The notes below the pieces were generated by a model. It had not been told where the DNA came from. It was given only the letters and a program-made list of their open reading frames with translations, and ran no database searches. DNA of 32,000 bases from Propionibacteriaceae bacterium (GTDB lineage Bacteria > Actinomycetota > Actinomycetes > Propionibacteriales > Propionibacteriaceae), in contig JAIRQE010000019.1 in assembly GCA_031256725.1 (NCBI GenBank), positions 30,001 through 62,000 on the forward strand, given 5' to 3'. The translations under genes and the position numbers were made by a program. Shown one piece after another: positions 1 through 9,295 of the stretch; position 1 is the stretch's first letter; every line of letters begins with the position of its first letter.

Positions 1-216
1 CGAGGTAACCTTCTCCACATCTGACTGAAGTCTGGACAAACGTGAGGTGACATCTTGGGCACGCTCTTGGTCATTCCATAAGTCTGGAGCAGCGGCCTCA
101 GACTCCAATTGGGCGATAGCTTCCAGCTTCGATGGTACGTCAACAACCGCCTCGATCGAGACCATTGTCTGATCAAGGGCGTCCCACAGGGTACGTAAAT
201 CGTCGATTGTTGCCAT
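1..216 (-). CDS. prfB: Peptide chain release factor 2, N-terminal 72 codons (partial, continues past the window edge)
   Basis: Absent from the ORF track because it runs off the edge. The reverse complement of 1..216 reads without stops from ATG (214..216): MATIDDLRTLWDALDQTMVSIEAVVDVPSKLEAIAQLESEAAAPDLWNDQERAQDVTSRLSRLQSDVEKVTS. The block LE.EA..P.LW.DQ.RAQ.VTS.L matches the conserved RF2 N-terminal region (e.g. mycobacterial PrfB). Confidence 0.75.
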   Translation of the reverse strand, partial: MATIDDLRTLWDALDQTMVSIEAVVDVPSKLEAIAQLESEAAAPDLWNDQERAQDVTSRLSRLQSDVEKVTS

Positions 217-366
217 GGGTAGTGATTTTACCGGGAGCGAGCGCGAAACAGCGAATGACAGACCTGTGGGTGTGTTGGTCAATGGATCTTTCACCGACCA
301 CAAAGCCCCAGCAAGACTCTCAGGAATCCTTGCTGGGGCTTGGGGGAAGATATCTACCCTGTGGAC

Positions 367-2205
367 TTAGCTAGCTGCAGCAATCCGCTCGCGTAGAGCA
401 GCAAGTTGGGCAGTCAACTCTGCTGGGAGCTTGTCGCCGAATTGGGCGAAGTACTCCTCAGTTGAGTCTGCTTCTGCAGCCCATGCCTGTGGGTTGTAGG
501 TGAACAATTCGGTGATCGTCTCTTCAGCGATGTCGAGTCCATCAAGATTCAAGTCACCTGGTACAGGGATCTGACCTGAGATGGCATCGACTGCTTCTGC
601 CTCGCCTGCGATACGACGGATAGCCCACTCGATAGGACGGCAGTTCTCGCCAAACCCTGGCCACATGAAGTTGCCATCGGCATCCTTGCGGAACCAGTTG
701 ACATGGAAGATCTTCGGGGCCTTGTCACCAAGGGCCTTGCCCATCCGCAACCAGTGTGCCCAGTAGTCAGCCATGTTGTAGCCACAGAAGGGCAACATGG
801 AGAAGGGATCACGACGAAGGGAACCCACGGATCCTTCTGCAGCAGCGGTCTGCTCAGAGGCGACTGTGGCACCCACGAAGACACCATGCTCCCAGCTATA
901 GGATTGCGCAATCAGTGGGACATTGGAGGTACGACGGCCTCCGAAGAGGATGACATCCACTGGCACACCTGCTGGGTCTTCCCAGTTCGGAGCAATGGAC
1001 GCGGCCTGGTCAGCACGTACCGTGAAGCGACCATTGGGATGGGCAGCTGGGGTACCACTTTCAGGTGTCCAGTCGTTACCGAGCCAGTCGATCAGATGGG
1101 CCGGAGGCTCATCAGTGAGACCCTCCCACCAGACATCGCCATCATCAGTTAATGCGACATTGGCGAAGATGGTGTCATGGTCGAGGGCTTCGAGGGCTGT
1201 CGGATTGGTCTTCAGGGACATACCTGGAGCAACACCGAAGAACCCAGCCTCAGGATTGATGGCGTACAGACGCCCATCCTTACCCGGACGCAGCCACGCG
1301 ATGTCATCACCAATGGTTTCAACCTTCCAACCTGGGATGGTGGGACGCAACATTGCAAGGTTGGTCTTGCCACAGGCAGAAGGGAAGGCTGCCGAGAGGT
1401 GGAAGCTGCGACCCTGAGGATCGGTGAGCCTCAGGAGAAGCATGTGCTCAGCGAACCAGCCTTCGTCGCGTGCGAGGACGGAGGCAATACGTAGGGCGTA
1501 GCACTTCTTCGCGAGGAGAGCGTTTCCGCCGTACCCAGAACCATAGGACCAGATTTCGCGAGTCTCGGGGAAGTGGGTGATGTACTTCTCATCACTGCAA
1601 GGCCACAAAACGTCTTCGCGTTCGTTTCCATCAGAGTCGATGAGGGGATAACCGACCGAGTGAACAGCTGGCACCCAGAATTCACCAGCGGAGATGCGAT
1701 CCAGAGCCGGCTTTCCCGTACGGGTCATGAGGGCCATGTTCACCACAACGAAAGGTGAGTCTGTAACCTCAATACCGAGCTTGGAAATGTCTCCACCGAG
1801 TGGACCCATGGAGAAGGGGATGATGTACATCGTGCGTCCACGCATACAGCCGTCGAAGACTGTCTTGAGTGTGGCGCGCATCTCGGCGGGATCTGCCCAG
1901 TTATTGGTCGGGCCAGCATCTTCTTCTTTTTCAGAGCAGATGAAGGTTCGTGATTCGACACGAGCTACGTCGGCAGGATTCGAGCGAGCGAGGAAGCAGT
2001 TCTTGCGCTTAGCAGGATTGAGGGGGATCATTGTGCCAGCTTCAACGAGCTGTGCATTGAGGTTGTCCCATTCTTCGCGCGATCCATCACACCAATGAAT
2101 GGCTGCAGGCTTTGTGAGTTCACAGACCTCAGCCACCCAGGATATGAGGGATTCAGGGACCCCTGCGGGCGCGGTCGTAGCAATGGTACTAGTATCTAGG
2201 GTCAT
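367..2205 (-). CDS. pckG: Phosphoenolpyruvate carboxykinase (GTP)
   Basis: 612-aa ORF with full-length similarity to GTP-dependent PEPCK (e.g. [34 protein letters not shown] kinase-1a loop, WFRKD...FMWPGFGEN). Confidence 0.95.
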   Translation of the reverse strand: MTLDTSTIATTAPAGVPESLISWVAEVCELTKPAAIHWCDGSREEWDNLNAQLVEAGTMIPLNPAKRKNCFLARSNPADVARVESRTFICSEKEEDAGPTNNWADPAEMRATLKTVFDGCMRGRTMYIIPFSMGPLGGDISKLGIEVTDSPFVVVNMALMTRTGKPALDRISAGEFWVPAVHSVGYPLIDSDGNEREDVLWPCSDEKYITHFPETREIWSYGSGYGGNALLAKKCYALRIASVLARDEGWFAEHMLLLRLTDPQGRSFHLSAAFPSACGKTNLAMLRPTIPGWKVETIGDDIAWLRPGKDGRLYAINPEAGFFGVAPGMSLKTNPTALEALDHDTIFANVALTDDGDVWWEGLTDEPPAHLIDWLGNDWTPESGTPAAHPNGRFTVRADQAASIAPNWEDPAGVPVDVILFGGRRTSNVPLIAQSYSWEHGVFVGATVASEQTAAAEGSVGSLRRDPFSMLPFCGYNMADYWAHWLRMGKALGDKAPKIFHVNWFRKDADGNFMWPGFGENCRPIEWAIRRIAGEAEAVDAISGQIPVPGDLNLDGLDIAEETITELFTYNPQAWAAEADSTEEYFAQFGDKLPAELTAQLAALRERIAAAS

Positions 2206-2358
2206 CCTTGACTCCTTACGTCGGGCACGTAGCGACTCACGTGCTGTGGTCAGCCATATGGCAGCGTTATCAACGCTTCTAGCTTATCCTACCCATTCAT
2301 CAATCTTGGCTGAAGATAACAAAGTAACCGCAAGAAATGGGAATCCTGGACACTGAGG

Positions 2359-2782
2359 TCATGATGATGTAACAGCCATGGAGGCTGGAGCAACCCTAGC
2401 TGGTTTATGAACTGCTGATAGGGCTACGACAAGAAGTACGAGCCCGGTGCAGACAAAGGCATTACCAGATTGCCTAAAGATCCCCACAGTCACCTCGTTT
2501 GGCACCTGCGCTGGGGTCCATTCTGGTGGATGTAGTACCTGAGGTGACTGGTTATATGGAGGTACTGATCTTATATGGAGGTACTGATCGCGCAGCTATG
2601 GCTTCTCGTACCTCGTGATCACCATTGACCTGAAGCCAGGTGAGTAGCTCCGGGTAGGCATTAGGATGGCGAGCCACCTCAACCAAGGACTCTCGATGGG
2701 TTCGGATAAGGCTCACCAGTTCGACCGTTGTCATATCAGTCCTGAGCGGGGTGGACCCACCAGGATAAGTTGGATCAGACAT
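2359..2782 (-). pseudogene. Small membrane-anchored hypothetical protein, frameshift-truncated by a 19-bp tandem duplication (extant ORF 2552..2782, 76 aa)
   Basis: Strong SD (AAGGAGGTG) lies 4 nt upstream of the ATG at 2782. The ORF stops inside the second copy of a perfect 19-bp duplication. Deleting one copy restores a 134-codon frame ending at the TGA at 2359..2361. The restored C-terminus contains a hydrophobic helix (NAFVCTGLVLLVVALSAV). Confidence 0.5.
2552..2589. repeat. Perfect 19-bp tandem duplication (TTATATGGAGGTACTGATC x2)
   Basis: Copy 1 is 2552..2570 and copy 2 is 2571..2589; they are identical and directly abutting. Confidence 0.95.
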
Positions 2783-2869
2783 CGGTCACCTCCTTGTCAC
2801 GGTACATACTCCCGTCTTCGAGCTAGCGTACCGCCTAGACCGACGCAGAAGGTATCATCGGAAGAATCT

Positions 2870-5356
2870 TCAGCCCAGGGTGATCTTGAGATGAACTTCG
2901 CGACCCTCAGGCCCAGTTTCGATCTGCGCATAGTTGCGCCGAGATCCTTGTGTTGGAGTGAAAGGGACACCATCAACGGTGATTGTCGACACACCTGTGG
3001 ACACATGGTGAGGGTTGAGCACCTCAATGAGATATGTACTCCCCCTCCATTGGCGTGTCACGGTGAATCCATCCCATGAACCTGGGATACAGGGATCAAT
3101 GATCAGATGATTGAGCCGTGGGCGGATTCCAAGAATGTACCGAGTCGCTGCGGTGTACATCCACCCCGCAGTACCCGTGAGCCAAGGATTCTGCGCCTGA
3201 CCATAGTATTCATGGTCGCGCCCGAAGATGAACTGAGTGTAGACAAAGGGTTCTGCGCCTCGTACTTCGATGGAGTCATTGTGGGTAATGGGGGCCATCG
3301 CCTGGTAATACTCAAAGGCGCGATCGCCGCGCCCCAGCATGGTTTCAGCAATGATGGGCCAGGCATTGGGATGGGAGAAAATGGCCCCATTTTCCTTGAC
3401 CCCAGGATAAACCCTTGTCACATAGCCAATAGTGTCGTCGACCTTGGTGTAGGAAGGCGAACACAAATGCAATCCATACTCGCTTGCAAGGTGTTCGTTG
3501 ACTGCATCCATGGAGGATAACCCCCGGGACTTACCAGCAACACCACTCATCACAGCCAGACCCATATGCTCTAGAAAGATTTTTCCTTCCTCGGATTCCC
3601 GAGAGCCGATCTTCACTCCATCACGGGTGAATCCCCGTAGGTACCACTGCCCATCCCAGAGTTCCCGATTAGCAGCTTCAGTTGCTTGGTCGATGATCTC
3701 ATTGAGACGGGCAACCAATCCCAGGTGCGACTGGAGGTCGATAAGCAGGTCCCTCAGGGTACGTGCTGCCCACACATGGAGGAAAGTCACCAAAGCCGTT
3801 TGCCCACCACCAAGGTTAAGACAGTCATTCCAATCTGCCCTGAGACCTTGGGCAATTCCATTGTCACCCACATGGGTCGTAGTGAACTCCAGCCCCCTCA
3901 TGAGGTGTTCCAGAACCGTCGCAACCCTGTGATCGGCGCTGGCATAAGAGCCGAGCACCTTTGCTCTTTCTTCTTCATTCAGATCCGTGTCAGCGAAAGG
4001 TACCACCTCATTCAGCAGCCCCACATCACCACTCTCAACAATGTAGTCCACAACAGAGACCACCAACCATAGATGATCATCCGAGCAGGCATCCTTCAAA
4101 CCGTGAACAAGATCTGTGGCTTTCCCTGGAACAACGGTAGGAAGCTTCACCCCCACGGGAATATCTTTTCGGTGATTTTCCGCGAAAAGCCCAGGCTCGA
4201 AAAGATGGAGGCCGTACCCTGGGGACATCTGGCCTCTGACAAGTTCCTGGATTCTCTGTTTCACCTTGTTAGGGTTGGTGTGTACGACACTGCCAATATC
4301 CTGGGCGGTGTCTCTATACCCCAAACCGACCCGGCCACCAACCTCCACAAAGGAGGCGAACCGACTCCAGACCACACAGGTTTCCGCTTGATAGAGGGTC
4401 CATGTGTTGATGAGAGTGTTCAGGGCCCCACTGGGGGTTTCGCAGAAGTAAACAGCCTTCTTCTTTTTCCAATACTCCGCTAGGGATACGATCGCCTGAT
4501 CAACTACACCAGGAGTTAAATACTTCTTCCTCATCGCTGTACCGACTTCGCGATTTCCGTACCCTAGAAGGTAGGTGAGCCGCAGTGTCTGGCCGGGTTC
4601 TAGAAGTAATGTGTGATGGAGGGCCCCGCAATGATTGCCTGTTGTTCCCTGGGTGTTTGAACAGGAACCTTTCTCAACAGCGATGGGGTTGGACTCGGTT
4701 CTATAGGAGCCAATGAAGGAGTCCCTCTTAGAGTCGAAGCTGGTTGGTTCCAGATCACTGGTGAAGTAATGGTAGGTCCATGGCTCATAGTAGAAGTCGT
4801 ACTCGATCACCGAATCGGCGTAATCCGAACCTGAGGCATAGAGCGACATTTGGAAGTTTTCGTTATCGATCTGTACCGAGTGATAGGAAAATTCCACGTA
4901 CCCAAATAGGGAGAGGTACCTTCGGTGATCGGTGGTATTTGTGACATGGACATCCCACAGTTCCACATCATCACCAATGGGTACGAAAACCCTTTGACTA
5001 GTGGAAATCCCTCGATAGTCTGATTCAAAGACCGAGTACGAAAGTCCATGACGAGTACGATAGGTCGCCTCACCTAGAGGCTTGCCAACCGGTTGCCAGG
5101 ACCCGGACCAATAGTCACCATTCTCGTCATCGCGCAGGTAGAGATAGTGACCAGGGCGATCCATGGGTACCCCATTTGGGCGGAACCGTGTCACCCTCCC
5201 CTGTTGGCTCGACTTATAGAAACTATAACCTCCTGCATTCTGGTTGATGACGGTACACCAGTTCTCCACACCGATGTAGTTGATCCACGAGTGTGGTACA
5301 TCCACACGATCAATGACATACTCATCGGCTGAGTCGTCAAAATACCCGTATTTCAT
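2870..5356 (-). CDS. GH94 family disaccharide phosphorylase, N,N'-diacetylchitobiose-phosphorylase-like clade (substrate not proven)
   Basis: 828 aa. GH94 hallmarks are MKYGYFDD N-terminus, AGGYSFY, GLRADWNDCLNLGGG (catalytic Asp motif), VKENGAIFSHPNAW and NPWLTGTAGW. It diverges from cellobiose phosphorylases where those have WNQYQCMVTFNMSRSAS / GRADWNDCLNLNCFS / YKENxGIFCHNN; here the equivalents are TWTLYQAETCVVWSRFAS / ...NLGGG / ...FSHPN. As far as I recall, these match the Vibrio ChbP-type branch. Confidence 0.85.
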   Translation of the reverse strand: MKYGYFDDSADEYVIDRVDVPHSWINYIGVENWCTVINQNAGGYSFYKSSQQGRVTRFRPNGVPMDRPGHYLYLRDDENGDYWSGSWQPVGKPLGEATYRTRHGLSYSVFESDYRGISTSQRVFVPIGDDVELWDVHVTNTTDHRRYLSLFGYVEFSYHSVQIDNENFQMSLYASGSDYADSVIEYDFYYEPWTYHYFTSDLEPTSFDSKRDSFIGSYRTESNPIAVEKGSCSNTQGTTGNHCGALHHTLLLEPGQTLRLTYLLGYGNREVGTAMRKKYLTPGVVDQAIVSLAEYWKKKKAVYFCETPSGALNTLINTWTLYQAETCVVWSRFASFVEVGGRVGLGYRDTAQDIGSVVHTNPNKVKQRIQELVRGQMSPGYGLHLFEPGLFAENHRKDIPVGVKLPTVVPGKATDLVHGLKDACSDDHLWLVVSVVDYIVESGDVGLLNEVVPFADTDLNEEERAKVLGSYASADHRVATVLEHLMRGLEFTTTHVGDNGIAQGLRADWNDCLNLGGGQTALVTFLHVWAARTLRDLLIDLQSHLGLVARLNEIIDQATEAANRELWDGQWYLRGFTRDGVKIGSRESEEGKIFLEHMGLAVMSGVAGKSRGLSSMDAVNEHLASEYGLHLCSPSYTKVDDTIGYVTRVYPGVKENGAIFSHPNAWPIIAETMLGRGDRAFEYYQAMAPITHNDSIEVRGAEPFVYTQFIFGRDHEYYGQAQNPWLTGTAGWMYTAATRYILGIRPRLNHLIIDPCIPGSWDGFTVTRQWRGSTYLIEVLNPHHVSTGVSTITVDGVPFTPTQGSRRNYAQIETGPEGREVHLKITLG

Positions 5357-7525
5357 TCAGGCTCCTGCATAGTCGTGAACCCAGTCGATGAGTTCCTGGG
5401 CGTGTACCTCGTCAGCGGCCTCAGCGATCATCCTCAGAATAGGCTCAGTACCAGAAAAGCGCAGCAGTACCCAGGAACCATTGTCCAAGGTGATCTTGAA
5501 TCCGTCGTAGGTGTCGATTGTGACCACGGGGATCCCTGCAATAGTAGTGGGCTGGGATTCGGTAATCCTGCGTGGGATCTCGACCTTCATATCGGGGGTC
5601 GCAGGGATTCCTGTCTCAATCTGTGTGGCACGCCCCGTGATGGCGAAGACCTCATCAAGCAGGACACTGAGTTTTTTTCCTGTCACAGCCAACATCTCAC
5701 ATACCAGCGCACAGGCGAAGATACCGTCCTTACCGAGGATCCATCCACGGATCGTGAGACCACCTGAGGATTCTCCCCCAAGGACAGCATTAATCTGGGC
5801 CATTCCTGCGGTGATGTACTTGAACCCCACAGGTACCTCCACATGAGGTTCCCCGAAATGATCAGCGAGCCGATCAATAAGGTGTGTCGTGGAGAGGTTG
5901 CGAACGACTCCACCTTGTTCTCCCCTCATCTCATGGAGGTACCAATAGATCAAGACAAGCAACTCATTGGTGGAAACATAACGACCAGTTTCATCGACGA
6001 TTCCGATACGGTCGGAGTCACCATCCGTGGCCAGCCCAAGGTCATAGGTACCCTGATTCTTGACCATGTCGATCAGTGTTGTCAGTGCAGCGGCATCCGG
6101 GGCTGGTGACTTCCCACCAAACAAAGGATTATGGGGGGCATGGATGAACTCCGCGCGTACCCGTGCATCTGAGAGGACCAGACCCAAGGTGAGTTGGCTT
6201 GTACCATACATGGGATCTATCAGTACACGCAGTGGTTTCGCAGCCCTCATCTTGGGGATGTCGATCTGTGTTTCGATAGCCTCCACATAGGCATTCGTCA
6301 GATCAATCTCGGTGATGAGTCCTGAATTCATAGCAGTCCCATAGTCGATGGTGACGACATCAGCGTTCCTCAAAGAGTTGGCTTCATCTTGGAAGGCATC
6401 GGTTTCATCATTGAGAGGAAGAGACCCGTCGGCTCTGAAAACCTTCAACCCATTCCACTGGGGTGGATTATGGGAGGCAGTGAAAACCAAAGAATACTGA
6501 GACCCAGTGTGGGGGGCCGCAAAGGTCACCAAAGGAGTGGGGACATCACCACGGAGTACCCGGGTTAGGATATTGTTCCCCGCAAAGACTTCAGCAGCTA
6601 CTCGTACCGATTCTGCTGAAAGGAAGCGACGATCTCCGCCAATCACGACACCTTTGGATTCTGTACCTGTGCGAGTGACTTGATTGGCAATGGCTTGACA
6701 TAGGCGTCGCACATTGTGGAGGGTGAAACCCTCACCAATCTTGGCTCTCCAGCCTCCTGTACCAAAGAAGATCTCGTGGGATTCCAGGGCGTGACTGGGC
6801 TCAAAGAGACGTTTGAGGACGATGTCTTCAGCCCTCTTCAACTCTTCATCAGTGTTAATACCTTGGACTTCATCAACATCAAGGATGGCATAGGAGGCCA
6901 CTGGGTTCCCCTCGGCAATCAGACGTTCCGCCAGTTCTGTAAGTCGGTGCTCTCCAATGGCAGCCATCTCATCCAATCTCGGAATGAGTATCGAACTATC
7001 GATCACGTAGGCCCCAACATTGACCTCAACGATTGCAGAGGTTTGAGTAGACAGATCGGATGCTTCAACGATCTCGACGATGCGGGCCTGGTCATCTCGA
7101 AGAATCCGACCATAGTCTCCAGGATCATCAACCATAGCGGTGAGAAGGGAAAACTGTGACTCTTTGAGATGATGTTTCCAGATCAGCCCTCGAAGAGAGG
7201 AAGCCTTCACCATAGGTGTGTCGGCATAGGCAACCAGGACATCACCCTCAAACCCGTCGAGTTGGAACCTGGCACACCTGACGGCATCACCTGTACCAGC
7301 TTGAACATTCTGACGTACATAGGTCCAGGAATCCCCCAACAACTTAGGGATGGAATCATCGTGGGCATCCACAACAATCACCACATCAGATTGGGGGATC
7401 ACTGCTGTGACACTAGCGAGGGACTGCTCCACGACCGTCGAGTTCCCCAACTGGCGCATCAAAAGATTTCTTGTCTGATCACAGCTACCTGCGGCGAGTA
7501 CTACTGCTTTCATTGAGCGGGCCAT
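5357..7525 (-). CDS. Fusion protein: GlmU-type sugar-1-phosphate nucleotidyltransferase domain (aa ~1-245) plus alpha-D-phosphohexomutase (aa ~255-722)
   Basis: N-terminal domain: KAVVLAAG, QAGTGDAV, VLVAYADTP, VDDPGDYGRI, VEVNVGAYV, GEHRLTE and EVQGINT align with the GlmU pyrophosphorylase domain; there is no LbH acetyltransferase domain. C-terminal domain: TASHNPPQWNGLK (catalytic Ser), DGDSDR (Mg), GGESSGG (sugar loop), RFSGTEPILR (phosphate loop). Its stop TGA directly abuts the GH94 ATG, and its ATG overlaps the ROK kinase stop (TAATG). Confidence 0.85.
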   Translation of the reverse strand: MARSMKAVVLAAGSCDQTRNLLMRQLGNSTVVEQSLASVTAVIPQSDVVIVVDAHDDSIPKLLGDSWTYVRQNVQAGTGDAVRCARFQLDGFEGDVLVAYADTPMVKASSLRGLIWKHHLKESQFSLLTAMVDDPGDYGRILRDDQARIVEIVEASDLSTQTSAIVEVNVGAYVIDSSILIPRLDEMAAIGEHRLTELAERLIAEGNPVASYAILDVDEVQGINTDEELKRAEDIVLKRLFEPSHALESHEIFFGTGGWRAKIGEGFTLHNVRRLCQAIANQVTRTGTESKGVVIGGDRRFLSAESVRVAAEVFAGNNILTRVLRGDVPTPLVTFAAPHTGSQYSLVFTASHNPPQWNGLKVFRADGSLPLNDETDAFQDEANSLRNADVVTIDYGTAMNSGLITEIDLTNAYVEAIETQIDIPKMRAAKPLRVLIDPMYGTSQLTLGLVLSDARVRAEFIHAPHNPLFGGKSPAPDAAALTTLIDMVKNQGTYDLGLATDGDSDRIGIVDETGRYVSTNELLVLIYWYLHEMRGEQGGVVRNLSTTHLIDRLADHFGEPHVEVPVGFKYITAGMAQINAVLGGESSGGLTIRGWILGKDGIFACALVCEMLAVTGKKLSVLLDEVFAITGRATQIETGIPATPDMKVEIPRRITESQPTTIAGIPVVTIDTYDGFKITLDNGSWVLLRFSGTEPILRMIAEAADEVHAQELIDWVHDYAGA

Positions 7526-8424
7526 TATTCCACTTCCATTCCGCCTCGACCGATCAGAGCCGCACCGATTGCAGCTGCTCGGTAATTCGGATCCAGGACA
7601 GAGATCTCTTCAGCTATTTCAGCATAATCAGGAAATGTCGTATTCTGGCTGCGTGTCACCAGGAAATTTTGAACAGCTGGAAGGATCCAGGGTGCTGCGT
7701 GGATGACTCCCCCACCAAGCACAATGTAATCCGAGGCATAGACCACGGCGACCAGGGCTGCAACACGAGCTATAACCCGTACTGCTTGATCATGGGCAGC
7801 TATACCAGCTGGAGAAGAATCCTTGTCGAGGGTGGCCCATTGAAGTTCAAGCATCTCCATCCTAGGTGCCAGATAGCGACCCCCCACTACGGTTTCGATA
7901 CACCCGCGTTGGCCACAGCGGCAAGGATCCCCATTCGGATTCAGCACAACGTGACCGATTTCACCTGCACGGTTATTTCTCCCTCGAAGCAGTCGTCCAC
8001 CATCCAGGGTTGCTGAGGCCACACCTGTACCAAAGTTCACGTATGTCACCGAGGTTGACTTGAGCAGGTTACCCACAGCGACAACGGTGGCTTTCACATC
8101 ATTATCAAGGTACACGGGTACAGAAAACTCATCAGCAATCAGATCACGCAAGAGGGTTTGATTGATCCCCAGATTCACCGCGTTTGCGATGGTACCAGTC
8201 TCGCGATTGACAACCCCGGGAATACCGATACCCACTGAGGTGAAGTCTGTGAGTTCTTGTCCGGTTTGGGAAGCGAGGTGACCAGCGACCTCAAGGAGTC
8301 CGGCGACTACACCCTGTTCACCTCGACGCGTGGCAGTGGAGTACTCAGCGATCACGCGATCCTCCTGGGAGAGTACGATACCCTCAGTACTCGTTGAACC
8401 AATATCAATTCCTAGGCTTAACAT
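7525..8424 (-). CDS. ROK-family sugar kinase (no DNA-binding domain)
   Basis: 299 aa. It has the LGIDIGSTS ATP-binding N-terminus, the GEIGH motif and the CRCGQRGCIE zinc motif typical of ROK kinases (glucokinase/GlcNAc kinase type). Confidence 0.85.
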   Translation of the reverse strand: MLSLGIDIGSTSTEGIVLSQEDRVIAEYSTATRRGEQGVVAGLLEVAGHLASQTGQELTDFTSVGIGIPGVVNRETGTIANAVNLGINQTLLRDLIADEFSVPVYLDNDVKATVVAVGNLLKSTSVTYVNFGTGVASATLDGGRLLRGRNNRAGEIGHVVLNPNGDPCRCGQRGCIETVVGGRYLAPRMEMLELQWATLDKDSSPAGIAAHDQAVRVIARVAALVAVVYASDYIVLGGGVIHAAPWILPAVQNFLVTRSQNTTFPDYAEIAEEISVLDPNYRAAAIGAALIGRGGMEVE

Positions 8425-8443
8425 AATTCCTTTCTAAAACTGA

Positions 8444-9295
8444 TTAGCCTTTGACTGCACCGGCAACCAAACCGGAGGTCAAACGGCCTTGAACAAGCAG
8501 GAAGAAAATGATCACAGGGATGGCGACCAGTGTCGAAGAGGCCATCACCTGCCCCCAATCAATCTCTCTCGCTTGGGATGCTTGGATAAAGGTACGCAAC
8601 CACAAGGGCAGGGTGCGCATCTGTTCTGCAGGAAGGATCACCAAGGCGATGGTGAACTCATTCCAAGCTTGGAGGAAGGCATAGACCCCGGAGGCCACCA
8701 ATCCTGGGGCAAGCAAGGGCAAGGTTATTCTGAAGAAGGCACCCGCCGAGGAACAACCATCCACCTGTGCGGACTCCTCCAGATCGGCAGGTACACCAGC
8801 AACGAATCCCCTGAGCATCCAGATGGTGAAGGGGACAACGGCGGCGATGTAGAGAATCGAGACACCCAGGACAGAGTTCAACAAACCGGTGGTGGACATC
8901 ATCTTGTACTGGGCAATAAATAAGCCCTCAGCGGGGAGCATCTGGATGAACAGGATCGCCAACACGAAGGATTTGCGTCCCCTGAACTTGAAGCGTGAGA
9001 TCGCCAAAGCCGCGAGGAATGCGAAAAGGATGGCGAAAAAGACTGCAATGAGGGTCACCTGGAGTGATATGGTCAAGGCCCGCAGGAAGGTACCTCCACT
9101 GAGAACACTTGCGTAATTGGCGAAGCTGCCACCCCAGGGGAAGAAGCGAGGTGTAGTCGAGCTCAAAACCACATTGGGGAGCAGTGAACTGGAGAGCATC
9201 CAGTAAACGGGGAAGACCCAGATCAGGGCAATGACGATCGCAACGAGGGATAGGACTAGGCGCAGGGGCTTGAAATGCTGACGTATGGTGATCAT
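8444..9295 (-). CDS. Carbohydrate ABC transporter permease (MalG/CUT1 type)
   Basis: 283 aa, six predicted TM segments, and an EAA loop (LEESAQVDGCSSAGAFFRITLPLLAPG). It overlaps the upstream permease gene by 4 nt. Confidence 0.9.
   Translation of the reverse strand: MITIRQHFKPLRLVLSLVAIVIALIWVFPVYWMLSSSLLPNVVLSSTTPRFFPWGGSFANYASVLSGGTFLRALTISLQVTLIAVFFAILFAFLAALAISRFKFRGRKSFVLAILFIQMLPAEGLFIAQYKMMSTTGLLNSVLGVSILYIAAVVPFTIWMLRGFVAGVPADLEESAQVDGCSSAGAFFRITLPLLAPGLVASGVYAFLQAWNEFTIALVILPAEQMRTLPLWLRTFIQASQAREIDWGQVMASSTLVAIPVIIFFLLVQGRLTSGLVAGAVKG

Noticed and set aside
1-216. Possible programmed +1 frameshift site in prfB.
   Set aside because: The reading frame is continuous from the ATG through all 72 visible codons. 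That is past the position (about codon 25) where the frameshift site lies in species that have it.
2099-2356. An 85-codon plus-strand ORF spanning the pckG start and its upstream region, and the 132..374 ORF.
   Set aside because: Both overlap the 5' ends or promoter regions of well-supported minus-strand genes and lack SDs and recognisable motifs.
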